Assembly (NCBI GenBank): GCA_963575745.1 | Contig: CAUYUJ010000154.1 | Coordinates: 62,001-117,490, forward strand | Direction of reading: 5' to 3' | Source of the DNA: Prorocentrum cordatum | Lineage: Eukaryota | Length of the DNA stretch: 55,490 nucleotides | Shown here: piece by piece, positions 35,815 through 48,794 of the stretch | How positions within the stretch are numbered: position 1 is the first letter of the stretch | How the letters are laid out: each line of letters opens with the position of its first letter | Notes under the pieces: model-generated | What the model saw: only the letters and a program-made list of their open reading frames with translations | What the model was told of the DNA's origin: nothing | Database searches by the model: none | Translations under genes and position numbers: made by a program

Positions 35815-38575
35815 ACCACACAGCCTGCATTAAGTCGGGCGTGCCCCCCTGCAGGGGGATCTTCGACGAGAAATCCGCCGATGCGGCGTGTGAGTTTCTG
35901 AGAGCGTGGACTTGAGCTCGCTCAAGCTTCGCTCTGCAGGAAGGGGGGGGGGGGCACGTGATTTCCGATGCCATTTCCGATGTGTTTCGGTACACGGGGA
36001 TATTTCCGACGTCAGTTCCGACGTTTTTCGGTACCCGGGGACAGGGGGGTATAGAAAACTCCACTTCCAGAGCCCCCCCGAATCGGCGGCACTGGTCGGA
36101 GGCCAGCCCAATAAGAAATACCCCAAATATTCAAAAGATACCCAAACATCTTCAAACATACAATAAAAAATAATCCCCCGGGATTTTTGTTTAAGTAGTA
36201 TTTTTGAATTTTCCCCCTGTACAGGGACAGGCCCGACTTGAAGCTTGCAGCACATAGCCTGCGCCGCGGACACCCCGTTTTTGCCGAAGACGATTAGGAG
36301 GCAACTACTGGGAGGTTTTCGTCGGAAAGGTTAAGGAGGATTGAGCCCCAGTTGGGAGCTGTTACGCCGGAAGGGGGCCTCGGATTAAGCGGGATTGAGC
36401 CGGATGAAGCGGGATTCAGCGGGATTGAGCGGGATTGAGCGGGATTAAGCCGGATTTCGGACCAGGGCAAAACCTGAATTTGACCTCCCAGGAGTTGCAT
36501 CCGAAAGAGGAGATCAACTCCACGCCCACCCCCCCACCGAGGCCCGTGCGAACGTTTCCCCCTTCCGCACCATATGGGTTCACAGTGTTGTGAACAACCA
36601 CGCGTTGGAACTGTCAGACCGCAGCATGCCAGCCGCCCCGGAATCGACGCCCCCATCAGTCAAATCGTACTGTGCGGTGCACATGCGTTGATCCAGAGAG
36701 TGCTTTCTCTAAGAGCCCCTTGCAGCAACCAAAAGCTTATGCGCGGCACATGTGGGCGCCTCTGCACGCGCATGTCATACTCATGCAAGACATCATACCT
36801 GCCAACCATATCAAGCAATAGCTGGTCAGCAACTACGAAAAAAACACCAGAAGCTGTTCCAACAAAGGGTCGCCAGATTTCGCAGCGGGCGCACTCGCAG
36901 GAGTCATTCGGACACCATGCGTGCACAGCAGTTCTGGCAAACAAGATCATGCGAGTCGCACCTGCACGCATTCAAAATACGTCAGCAAGCTCGCGCGCCC
37001 AACAGCTCTGTCCTTCAAGCCACGCGCGCACATCTCCGTGCGCACACGTCGAACTCCTTCCAGAATCAATGGTTCTCTCGGCGTCAAAATGGAGGTGAGC
37101 AAGTAGATCAGGCATAAACTTTTGCTGATGCAAGATGTCTCTATGATTCCTAAGCTCTGCGAGCGCGCAATTCTTCACCATCGCTATATGTACAAATCGC
37201 CATCAGCAACACCAGCATCACCATTGCGATCTTCATCGTTATCTTAGACAACATCACCATTGCTATCGTCAACATCACTATTGCCAGAATCATCATCACA
37301 CCGACGTCATGATCGCTATCGTCGATGTCGTCAACCTCGTAGAATGCATGCGCGCGTACTTCCTCCTCCTCCGTATCATCACCGACATCATCATAATTGT
37401 CGTCATCATCATCGTTGTCAGCGTTATCGTCATCATCATCAGCATCGTTATCATCATGCCACTCAATATCGTCATAATCAAACTGATCGTTTTCAGCATC
37501 AGCATCACCATCATCATCATCACCATCAGCATCCTCGTGCCATGCTCCTGATTCCCCTCCTCCTCCTCAGCATCATCATCATAATTCCCGGCACCATCAA
37601 CTTCATCACCATCACCAGCGCCGTCGACGTCGCCCCCCAACGCCGTCATGAACAGTACAAGCGTCATCGTCATCGTCGTTCTCGCCGCCCAGTTGAGTTG
37701 TGCCAAAAGCTGACACGAGCACTTGAGGTGGTCACGCGTGGATGCGGTCAATATTGATTGCAACACATACATTGCCCCACACATATTTGACTAACTACAT
37801 AGCCTGCACCATATGGACTGCACACTATAGCTTGCAATGCATAGAACGCAACACGTAGACTGCACCACATAGCCCGCATCTGTTTGTTGCGCCACATATC
37901 TGACAGCACCCAAATTGCAAACATGCTTGCGGCACATATGTATAATGCATCGCATATGCAAAGCATCTTGAATGGAATAACGCACTGGCTGGGGTCCACG
38001 CTGGCAAACATGCCTTCACACGCAACAGTGGCCCCTTAAAACCCGCCACGAAAGCCCCAAAAACCATCATCTTGCATACACTCTTCCCCATCCTGGCGGA
38101 ATATGCCGAGGACCTCTAGGTACTGCCTGCTCCATCGTTGTCGTCCTCCCTCTTGTCCCCCTCTTTTCCTATCTCCCTCCTCCGCCTCCTCCTCCTCCTC
38201 CTCACTCTCGACCACTTGTTCCTCCTCCTCTTCCCACTCCTCCCCCGCCCCCTGCCCATCCCTCCTCGCCCTCCGCCAGTAATTCGTCGCGAAGTTGGGA
38301 GTTCGCACTGTCTCCTCATCCTCCTCCTCCTCCTCCTCCTCCTCCTCCTCCTCCTCCTCCTCCTCCTGTCCATCCCTCCTCGTCCGCCCTCATCGGGCCT
38401 CGCCCTGGTTCTTCTCCTGGCCCTCCTCCCCCAGAGTTGTCGACCTGTCCTGGAGCGCGCCCCGACCAATACCTCGCGGCGAGTCGGGCGAAGAGCGTCA
38501 CACCACCTCCTTTTCATCCTGCTCCTCCTCCCCTTCCTCACACCAATCTGCCATGAGGGAAGCGGGTCTTCAAAG

Positions 38576-38769
38576 TCGGGGGCGGCCAAGAGGGGCGTGT
38601 CCAAGAGGGGGGGGTGCAAATTATGGCCGGCGGCATGTGCGCGGCCCAGGGGGGGGGCCGGGGACGTAATGAAATAAGAGGAGGCGCCATGACATCTGTG
38701 GAAATATCATGGCCCCCGCCATGATATCCCCCTTCCCTAGTCATCACCCCCCTCTTTGCCGCCCCCGAC
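38576..38769. mobile_element. MITE family TCGGGGGCGGCCAAGAGGGG (also 944-1130; partial copies at about 24191 and 26628)
   Basis: The copies align along their length and have inverted termini. Confidence 0.75.
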
Positions 38770-39333
38770 AAAGCAAGGGGTGTGGGCCCCAGCTGGCCCA
38801 GGGGGGCCCACCCCGAGACCAGACCTCCATACCGAGTCGTCATCTGACGGCCCTCGGGCCTGGGGAGTGCCCCTCCGGCCCGGAGCTCCCGGGACAGCAG
38901 CAGACATTCAGGACCCCGATCCCCCCGCACTGCTTTCTAGCATACTGACCTTGAACCGGCGGCGAGCGAGCAGGGACAGCGAGAACAGGAAGGCCCTCTC
39001 AGAAGGTTCGGGAGTCCCCCAGCCTTCTGAAAAAGTTGTCGGAGCCTTCCCCGAAGACACAAACAGCTTCTCAGAAGGCGCCTGGGGGGCTTCTGAGAAG
39101 GCCCGCCGCCTTCTGAGAAGGCGTTCTCCTTCTCACTTTCGCCCCTGGCTCGCCGCGGATTGAAACAGCACACCCAGGACCTCTCGTTGCGTGTGTTGGC
39201 CAGGATTTCGCGACGGAATCCTGTGTGGCGATGGGGGGCCTCCCCGAGAGGCCTGAGCACAGCAACGTCGGCAAGAGAAGCTCGAAGCAAGGATTTAGAT
39301 CCAGCAAGCGACTACCTCCTCGCCCCCCCGCTC

Positions 39334-39380
39334 CTGTCGGAAAATCTCGAGGAACTCCAAGTACTCGGCGCTGTGCGCAC
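39334..39380 (-). CDS. Host gene micro-exon B (AHSAEYLEFLEIFRQ)
   Basis: CAG|GT acceptor and CAG|GA donor; 47 nt. Continues the frame from exon A; matches the S-x-E-Y helix that follows the GDxN motif in sphingomyelinase-like EEP proteins. Confidence 0.65.
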
Positions 39381-41079
39381 CTGCCGCGAGCACAGGAGCC
39401 CACGCCCCCATGACGCAGACAAGCGAAGGTTCGGCCGAGGGTAAAAGAAAACGTTGTGTCCCCCAGGGACCGGGTTTCATAATGGAAAGGGGGCCACGGC
39501 ACGGGTCGGTAAGTTTACACTTGGGCGCCCGAGTTATCGGGGGTAACTCGGGTCCGGGGTAACTCGGGTTTGGATTCCCGAACAAGGAACCCGAGTTAGC
39601 CCTGACCCGAGATACCCCTGATGATGTGGGGCTCTGGACGCCCGAATTATCCGGGGTAACTCGGGTCCGGAGTAACTCGGGTTTGGATTCCCGAAAAAGG
39701 AACCCAAGTTAGCCCTGACCCGAGTTACCCCTGATGATTCGGGGCTCTGGTACACTACGTTGGGGTCCTCGGCCACAGCCTACTCTTTTCACAGGCATAA
39801 ATGGCAAGCATAGCTGGTGGTATTCAGTACCCAATGGTGGACCGATATAACGAATTGTGCCACTCACCAGAGCGAGCATGACTGCCAACCTTTCCCCGTC
39901 TTCCCCCCCTTTTCTTGTTTCTCCGCCACCTGTTCCCCTATCCTTAGTGGCCACGATTGGGGGGGGACTGGCATAGGGAGGGGAACGTCGACCTGAAATC
40001 GGCGATACATCGCCGAGAGATCCGCGATAGAGCCCCGACAGCAAACCCGCACGTTTTTGGGCGGGGTGGGTCTATCAGACCCTCATCGGCGATCAATGGG
40101 CCATGAGGGGTCGACGCAGTCGAAAGTGATATGATTGTACTAAACCTTAGGCGTGTAATAGTGCTCCATGACTTATCCAGCAGGTATGGGCAGGTAGATG
40201 AGAGATAAAACATGGGATGATGGAATACAATGTCGAAGGATCTGGAAGTTTCCTCTTCCGTTGTGCAGATGCAACAGTGCTTCGAGCATGTGGCAGCCAA
40301 ATCAACATAGGCGCGCGCCGCTTGAGTCCAAGCGGCGGCGGACGCAAGCGCGTCACTCGCAGGCGCACCTTCACCTCCGCTTAAAGTGATGTATCTCCCT
40401 GCCTATGCCTACAGTCGGCCCGCATCGTAAGGATGCGCGATAAGGATGTGAGGGCCTTGGACGTCCATTCCGAAGCTTTTCGAGCGGGGCGCGGCCAACG
40501 AAAGTTGTCAAGGATGGACCGAGGAGGCAAGGATTCGGGCCGGCCGAAAGGGGGGGGATAGCAAAGGGGGGGTTTGAGGATCAGCTCACGTAGCTGATTT
40601 TCCCGGCGCCTCCCGGCGCCAGAGGCGGCTATGTATCGAGGACTGGGCCCCTCAGTGGGGCCGAAACCAACTGCATGCAACAGATTTCGTAACCCCCCCT
40701 TTCCCAATTCCCCACCGTTCGTCCGGCCCGAAGGATGCAAGGATTCCCTTGGCAAGGGTGCCATTCCTTACTATGCGGGTTGATCCTCCGCATTCGCTCT
40801 CCCTCCGCCTGCTCCTCTCGAGATCTCCAATGCTCGGCACCAGCCCCCACGCCTGCGGCCGCTGCCCGGCAGCGCCCTCCCACCACGTACTGGCTGCCGA
40901 CGAGACGGAGGCAAATTGCGCCAGCTCGCCTCCCCCCAAATCTCCCGGCCAGCCCCCCCCACCACCACCAGCCCTCCTCTTCCTCCTCATTCTCCTCCTC
41001 CTCCTCTTCCTCTTCCTCCTCCAACCACCAGCCCTCCTCCTCCAGCGAGCCCGCCTCCTTCCCCCCCCCGCCCTCGCGC

Positions 41080-41157
41080 CGCTCATCGCGCTCTGCCGCC
41101 CGTTGAAGTTCAGCGTGCCGCACACCACCAGCGGCCACCGGCGGCCCCCGCCGCCCC
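41080..41157 (-). CDS. Host gene micro-exon A (GGGGRRWPLVVCGTLNFNGRQSAMSG), EEP/sphingomyelinase-like protein
   Basis: CAG|G acceptor and G|GC donor; 78 nt; high GC3. PLVVCGTLN resembles the EEP motif P-h-h-h-x-G-D-x-N. Phase-compatible with exon B. Confidence 0.65.
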
Positions 41158-44100
41158 CTGCGGGTGGTGGTCGCCTTCGTCGTAGTTTTTGTATCGTCGT
41201 CGATCGCAGTCGGTGACATCATCCCGGCGTCGCCTTCGAGGTCGTCGCCCTCGGAGGGGGGCCAGGGGAGACAAAGGAGGGAGGAAAAGGGGAGGCAAGA
41301 GGGAGAGAGAAGGCGAGAGAGGCGACACACGGCACTATTGGGGAGATGTCTGCCTCGTTTATGTGTTCTCTCTCTCTCTCTCTCGTCATGAATGTTTGGT
41401 TCTCTCTCTGTCTCTCTCTTCTATCTTTGTCTCTCTCTCTCTCGCGATATCTGCCTCCGTGTCGCTGGTTACGGAATGTGCGTATTCTCAGGTCCTTTGC
41501 CTAATCCCTGAAGCACTCCTGAGGAGTGTTTCAAAGGCCTGGAGCCCAAATTCACAAATCTCCTGGTCCTTCCCGCATCTTCTCGGGGCTTGTCACGTGA
41601 CCGTTTCGGGCCCAAGAGTGCCCCAAGCCGGGCCATGAGGGCCCTCGACGCTCAAGACGGCCCCCAGACGATCCGAGAGGCCCCCAAGCCCCAAGAGGCC
41701 TCTAAGAGGCCTCCCAAGAGGGTCCCAAGAGGTCCAAATCACTGAGTGTCCTAGAGTTCGTCCTTGGTTGGGCTCTCGATTTGACTAGAGCATTGTAGTC
41801 GAGTCTTCTCCTTCTCCTCCTTCCTCCTCCTGCCTCCTGCTGCTCACTTCCTGCATCCTGATTCCTCTTCCTTCTCTTGCTCCTCCCCTCCCTCCTTCGT
41901 CCTGCTTGCGTAGCAGCCCCGTTGTGTCTGCCTCTCTCGTGGGCTCCTGGGAGGTGGTACCTCGCAGCTCTCTTGGGGGGGGTCCGAAAGGTGCAATTTC
42001 CGCCACCTTCGTGCGCTTGGGAGGCCAAGCGGGCTCGGTAGTCACGCACACAACGTCGAGATCTCGCGGCGCCCTGCGGGGCTGAGACATGCGCAACAGT
42101 CACGACGTTCGTGGCCTCCTGGGAGGCCTAGAGGGCTCGGCATTCACGCACACCCCGTCGAGACCTCGCGTCTCCTGGTGGGGCTGCGAATTGCAAAAAA
42201 AAACGTCGCCACTTGTCTGTGCTTCTGGGAGGTCCAGCGGTGTGGGTAGTCACACACACACACACACACTCTCTCTCACACACACACCTTCTAGCTCTCG
42301 CAACACCCTGGTGGGCTGCAACCTGTGCAGCCGTCGCCCCTTTTCGTGGGCTCCCGGGAAGCCCAACGAGGTCAGCAGCCACGCAGTCACGGTTACACCC
42401 CGTCGAGACCTCTCGGCTTCTTTCGGCGTCGGACATCCCTTTAGTAGACCTCCCCTGAAAAATGAAACCAGCCTGGGACCGAAACCGACGGACCTGGACC
42501 CGCAAAAATGACGGCCTCGACGCCCTTTCGCGAACCGAAAACGGCCAATTCCTTAATCGACGCGTCAGGGTAGGAGGTCTGTCCACCCCCGATTCTTGCG
42601 GGGCTGCGGACTGCGCAGCTGTCGCCACCTGTGCGGGCTCCTGGGGGGCCCAGCGGAGTCGGTAGCCACGCACACCCCGTCGAGACCTCGCGGCTCCCGT
42701 GCGCCTGCCTCGCTCAACGCGACGCGCTGTGCTGCTGTAGAGCGGGCGGCGCGGTTCTGCACCGCGTATGTCGTGCTCGGCGCTGCTGTTGTTTTGTTGA
42801 ACGCTCACTTCTGAAAAGTAATTATTGTTGATCCCCCCACCGGTGCATACTGTTTTTCTCCATCGAAGTGTGCCCCTCGACGCTCGCACGGTGTTTTTTT
42901 ACAAGGAAAATCATGATGTTCAAACTGGGCCCCTGGCCCCCCCGGATTACAACAACAACGGTTCCCGCCTGAGACTTCATCACAATTTAGCCAGGACCGC
43001 CGCTCCCGCCCGAGACTCTTTCACATTGGTTTCAGGAATCGCGCTCTCGCTTGGGACTTCCTTACAATGTATTCAAGAATCGCTCTCCCGGCGCTCTGGG
43101 GTCGCGCTCTCGCTGGAGACTCGCGTGCAATCTATTGCAGAATAGCGCCGTTGTTTTGGAATTTCTTGCAATTTGCTCAAGCGCCGCGCTCCCGACACCC
43201 AACCACCCAGGAGTCGCGCCCGTTGTGGTCCCATGTGCGTGCCCTTCGTGGCCCCGCTGTCGCCGTTTGTGGCCCCCTCGCTGTCCTACGTAGCTCAGTT
43301 GCTACCCTCAGTGGCCCCATCGTTGCTCTCTGTGTCCCCGCATTATCTGCCCTTCGTGGCCCCCGCTCGTTCGCGCTCTTCGTGGCCCCATACGCATTCC
43401 CTTCATGTCCCCGCTGTCGCCCTTCGTGGCCTACTTCGTGTCCTTCGTAGCCCTGCTGTCGTTCTCTCTCGCTCTCGCTTTTGCTTGTCGTCGCCGTCGT
43501 CGTCGTCGCCGTTGTCGTCGACGACGTCGCCGTTGTCGTCGACGTCGTCGTCGTCGTGGTCGGTCCCCTGCCCGTCCCTCTTGGGGTCGGGTCGACGGTC
43601 CGCGGCCGCCCCGCCGATGAGCGCTGCCGCTGGCCAGGCCGACGGTCCGCGGCCGCCCCGCCGCTTGCAGGGGCCTGGCCTGCAGGGAAAAAAGGTATAC
43701 CCCCCAAAGGGGTTCGATCGAGTACGAAGGGGGCGGGTATCGAGGGTTTGGGAAGTACGCGTTATTGGACACTCGGGCAGATAAGGGCGAACAGTCTTAA
43801 AAGGATTGTTGTTGTTGCTGTTGTTGCTGAACATGTATGTCCCTCGTTGGCCCTTATCCGTCAGCTTCTGTCTTCGTCTCTACACCGATATTCCTGCATG
43901 TTGTCTTGTGCACTTATGTCGGCCCCTGCGCACTGCGAGCTCTTCAACACGGCTGTTCGTAGCCAGCGGTCCCGTGTATATATATATATATATATAATTA
44001 TGAAAGAGCATGATCCACCGCCGCTTTACTGTGGAAAATCCCCCGCCCTCTTCCTACGGAACCCGGGGGTCCCCCCCCCTCCAAAAATCCCCCACCCCCC

Positions 44101-44431
44101 CTCTGCCGAACCCCCCCCTCCCACCCGGCAACACCCCCCCTTCGCCCTAACCTCCCCCCCCTCCGGAAAACCGGGGGGGGTTACTACCGGTTCGACCCCC
44201 CCCCTCCGGAAAAAACGGTAATGACCCCCCCCGGGGGGGGGGTTCGAACCGGTGTTCTTGGGGGGGGATTCGAACTGGAAGTCCCCCCCCCTTTCATGAT
44301 GGACTGGGGGGGGGGGGGTTCGGACCGGTGGTGACCACCCCCGTTTTCGGGGGGGGGTCGAACTTGTAGTGACCCCCCTCGGTTTTCCGCCAGCATCGGT
44401 ACACACGTTCTTTCACATATATATATATATA

Positions 44432-44499
<68 letters not shown>

Positions 44500-46207
44500 C
44501 GTGTGTATGTACACTGTAGATATATACGCACATACATCGAACCGCCATATGTTTAGGAAGGGTTGGGCATGTCACCAAATAAATGAAGGTGCTTGGCGTT
44601 CTGGCCTGTTCGGCTTCCCGATGCTCCAAGACGGCCCCAGAGGCCCCCAAGATCGCCCCAAAACGGCCCAAGAGGCCTCCAAGAGGGCCCGAAAACGGCC
44701 CAAGAGGGCCCCAAGAGGGCCCAAAAGGCGCCCACGACGGCTCCAAGAGCGGGCCCCGATGGGGGACCCGAGCTGACATTTCGAGCACTCGGCCCCGCGG
44801 GACCCCCAGGTCCCCAGAGGCCTCCCACGAGGCTCCCAGGGACCCCCAACAGGCTCCCACGAGGCCCCAAGATGCCCCAACCTGCCCCCAAGAAGCCCAC
44901 GAGAGCGCCCCGAAGAAACTCAAAGAGACATCCCAGAGAATTCTGACCCACAATCTGTGCAGTGTGGCGCGATGGGCTGAAAGCCATTTGACTTGCTCAG
45001 CGCGGGAGCGGGAAGCGCATGTACTTTCAGGGCGCACGAGATCGCCTGCTTGCACGCAATGGTATCATGACCGCTTTGGCATCACATGGGCCGTCTTGGA
45101 GATACTTTGAGCTGATGGGGAAACGACGCGCTAACGCGGAGCTTGCGCGAACTTACGCAGAGCTTACGCGAACTTACGCGGATCTGGGGGTCGCCGTGCC
45201 ACCACCCTCAAACTCTCTCTAACTTGCTTTCTCCCCGCTGAAAGGGTAGTGCCCGTTATTCCTCCTCCTCCTCCTCCTCCTCGCTGCTCCTTTTTGCTGC
45301 TGCTGCTGCTCCTCCTCTTCCTCCTCCTCCTCCTCCTCCTCCTCCTCCTCCTCCTCCTCCTCCTCCTCGCTCCTCCACACCCTCGCTTCGCCTCGCTCCT
45401 CCTCGCCCCTCCTCCTCCTCCTCCTGCTCCTCGCTCCTCCTCCTCCTCCTCCTCCTCCTCCTCCTGCTCCTGCTTTTCGCTCCGCCTCGCTCCTCGCTTC
45501 TCGCTCATCGCTCCTCGTTCCTCGCTGCACTGCCTCCCCGCTCCTCGCTGCTCGTTCCTCGCTCCTCGTTCCTTCCGCTCCTCCTCCTCCTCCTCCTCCT
45601 CTTCCTCCTCCGCCTGGCTGATCCTTCTCCTTCTCCTCCGCCTCCTCTTCGTCCACCTCCTTCTCCTCCTCCTCCTCGTCCTCCAGTTCCATCTCCTCCT
45701 CCCTCTCCTCCTCCCCCTCCTCCTCCATCGCGTCCTCCTCCTGCTGTTCCTCCTCGTCCTCCTCCTCCTCCTCCTCCTCCTCCTCCTCTGCCTCCTCCTC
45801 CTCCTCCTGATACGCCTCCTCCTCCGCCTCCTCCGCCTTTTCCCCCTCATCCTCCGCTCCTTCTCCTTATACCAAACTTCTCCCCGTCGCACTCCGATGC
45901 TAGTTTTTAGACCGGGCCGGGCGTTTCGCTTGAGACTTCTTTACCACGTATGGCCCTGAAGCTTCAAACATGACAACAGCCTCACAGATGGAGGGCCGGT
46001 GGTATTCAACATGTGGCTCTCGCCTTAGCGCCCCGCGCACTCGTCGTGAACATGTGCAAGAGCTTCACGCATTGGGGGCGGGCGGTTTCTTTAACGTGGC
46101 TCTCGCCTAAGCGCCGCGCGCACCCGTCGCAAAACATTGCAAGATCTTCGCGGATTGAGGGCGGGTGGTTTTCAAAATGTGGTATAGATCACCGGGGGCC
46201 TTGGCTA

Positions 46208-46503
46208 CCCTAGGCCCTACCCAAGGCCCTAGGCTTCCCAAGGGTAGGCCCTACCCAAGGCCCTAGGCTTCCCTAGGCCCTACCCAAGGCCCTAGGCTTC
46301 CCAAGGGTAGGCCCTACCCAAGGCCCTAGGCTTCCCAAGGGTAGGCCCTACCCAAGGCCCTAGGCTTCCCAAGGGTAGGCCCTACCCAAGGCCCTAGGCT
46401 TCCCAAGGGTAGGCCCTACCCAACCCAGAGGGTTGCAGGTTCTAATTCCTAGAACGTGCATGTAAATGTGATTACGTTCTAGGTTCTAGGTTCTAGGTTC
46501 TAG
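46208..46503. repeat. 34-bp minisatellite (about 6 copies) followed by (GTTCTAG)x4
   Basis: Unit GGCCCTACCCAAGGCCCTAGGCTTCCCAAGGGTA, with near-identical copies. Confidence 0.9.
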
Positions 46504-46854
46504 TTGATACGTTCTTCTATTTTGTGGTTATATGCCTTTTATATATCATAGTTTGCGTGATATCACTATATACCGTTGCCGCGTTGAGAAGTTTAGGAAA
46601 CACACAGGGGTGCCGCCAATTTGGTTGCGTATCGGGCCTTCCCAAGCGTTTCTTAAGGTCCTCGAACCGTCGGTTTGCAACGAGGTCAGTGATAGAGGAG
46701 AGCGAAGGAGGAGAGAAGAGCAGGAGAGAGAGAGAGAGAGAGAGAATACGTGTGTGCGTGTGTGAGAGAGAGGGAACAACACAAGGGATCGAGAGGAGGC
46801 ATTTGTTGCTCACCGCCGCTCGATCGAGCGCGCCACGCGTGGCACGCGCGAGGT

Positions 46855-47170
46855 CTAGGCCTGGCCTCTCTTGGCCTATCCTGGCCTCCTCGCCTCTGTT
46901 GGCCTCTCCTGGCCGCATCTCCTGCGGCCTCCTTGGCCCCCTGCCTCCTAACCTCTTCTGGCCTCTCCTGGCCTCTCCTGGCCTCTCTTGGCCTCTTCCT
47001 GGCCTCTCCTGGCCTCTTCCTGGCCACTCCTGGCCTCTCTCCTGGCTTGTCGTTCTGGCCTCTCTTGGCCTCTCTCCTGGCCTCTCTCCTGGCATCCTCT
47101 CCTCTGGCCTCTCCTGGCCTGGCCTCTCCTGGCCTGGCCTCTCCTGGCCTCTCCTGGCCTCTCGTGGCCT
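46855..47170. repeat. (GGCCTCTCCT)n degenerate 10-mer array
   Basis: Seen directly; related motifs at about 48720-48795 and 53940-54090. Confidence 0.85.
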
Positions 47171-48172
47171 CACGGCCCGTTCGGGCTTGGCCTGTCCTCG
47201 AAGCCCTCGAATGCAGCCCTGCTGCGCACGATCGCGTCGAGACCAGCCTGCCTCGCCTGATCGACGATCGCTTCGAACTCCGCCGCCGCATGGTTGAACC
47301 CCTCATCAATCAAGCGCCGCTCCACCTGGTGCCTCTGCGCGGGCGGCAGCGTCCTGACGAGCCGCGTCACCTCCGCGTCCACGCAGTCCTATATCTGGGA
47401 TTTGGAACACCTCCACGTCCTCCCTCGCCACCCTCTCCACCTAACTGCCCCGTTCTCCTTCCTCCGATTCGTAAACCCCCCACCCTCCCTCCCCCATCGG
47501 TCCTTGAGCGAAGTCCCGAAGGGATAGCACGCTCGAATCTCGTCCTGCCAGTGCGCGATCGAGGCCACCATGAACGCTGGCACCATCGTCAGCGATCTGT
47601 TGACTTCGAAGCGCTGCGCGGCGCGGACCTCCCGCTCACGAGGGCTTTGTGGGACGCTCTCGGTGGGGCCTCCTAGGGCCCTGAAGTCTTCCTTCAGCAG
47701 GAGAAGTTCCTTGGGGTGTCCCCATCCCCCCGTCATCGCATCCCGCGCGAATGAGATGATCGCCCCCCCTCCTGTGGCTTCGAAGCCTACTCGGATTACG
47801 CCAACATCGGGCCCGAAGACGGCCCTCAGCGGGGCCGATGGGACTAAACGTGGGAGGAGGTAGGGGGAGAACGGGATCGAGTAGGAGTGGAATCGTTATA
47901 TAGGAGCCAGAGTATGGGAAGGACTTTGGACCCAGTGGGTCCTCTTCGGCCAAGGGCCTCCACTGAGCCCTGTTCCTCGCTGAGAAGATGTCCAGCACGA
48001 TCCAGCGCATCGTGAATATGCAGAAGCTGATCTCTGCGAAAGGGGACTCGTCGCTGGATTCGCCCATCTCCCAATCCACGTTATCCTGCCTCTGCCCCTC
48101 CTCTGATCTGGCGGATCGCGAAACCGCTCGAGCCAGGAGCGGCGTCGGCGGTGCAAGGGAGGGAAACAACAT
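47170..48172 (-). CDS. Unknown, probably spliced gene (three ORF segments)
   Basis: Consecutive protein-like minus-strand segments at 47636-48172, 47389-47736 and 47170-47382; splice junctions not resolved. Confidence 0.35.
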
Positions 48173-48321
48173 GCAGTCTCCTCGCTCATCGCTCCGCCCC
48201 TCTAGACTTTTTGGCAGTTCTTATCTCAGTACCGCTCTCTCGAATCTCTCACTCTCCCTCCTCTATCTCTAAAGCTCTCTCTATATATAGTCCTCCCTTT
48301 CTCTCCTTTTAGAGGGTATCT

Positions 48322-48384
<63 letters not shown>

Positions 48385-48794
48385 CTCTCTCTCTCTCTCT
48401 ATTTCTCTCTCTCTCTCTCTCCCCACCTCTCTCTCACTCAGGTTTCAATCTCGGCAGGCTCCCTTGACTTGCCGCCTCGCCAGTTCAGCGAGCCCTCCTC
48501 CTCTCGAGTGTGGGGGGTGGCGGGAAAAAAAGAGCGGAGGAGCCAGACGTGGAGGGTTCGGATGAGGAGAAAGATGAGGAACCTGACGGAGCTCGAGGGG
48601 CGGGTGAGGAGAGCATACCTTTCCTTGGCCGCGGCGACGCCACGCGCAAGTACGTCGCATGGCTGCGCGGGCATGGGCCCTCTCAGCTCGCCCGTGTCGC
48701 CTCGGCTCGTCCTCACCCTCCTCGCTTGGCCTCCTCGCATCGCCTCTCGCCGCGCCTCCTCGCCTACTCGCCTCTTCGCCTCTCCTCTCCTCCT

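Noticed and set aside
38950..38995. Exon-like AFLFSLSLLARRRFK ending AAG|GTCAGT
   Set aside because: The donor is good, but its start phase does not fit exon B and it would interrupt the motif spacing.
40870..40930. ELAQF segment as a host exon
   Set aside because: Such a helix is expected before, not after, the GxxN strand, and no convincing donor was found.
46476..46503. True telomeric repeat
   Set aside because: The unit is TTCTAGG, not TTTAGGG; only four copies and internal.
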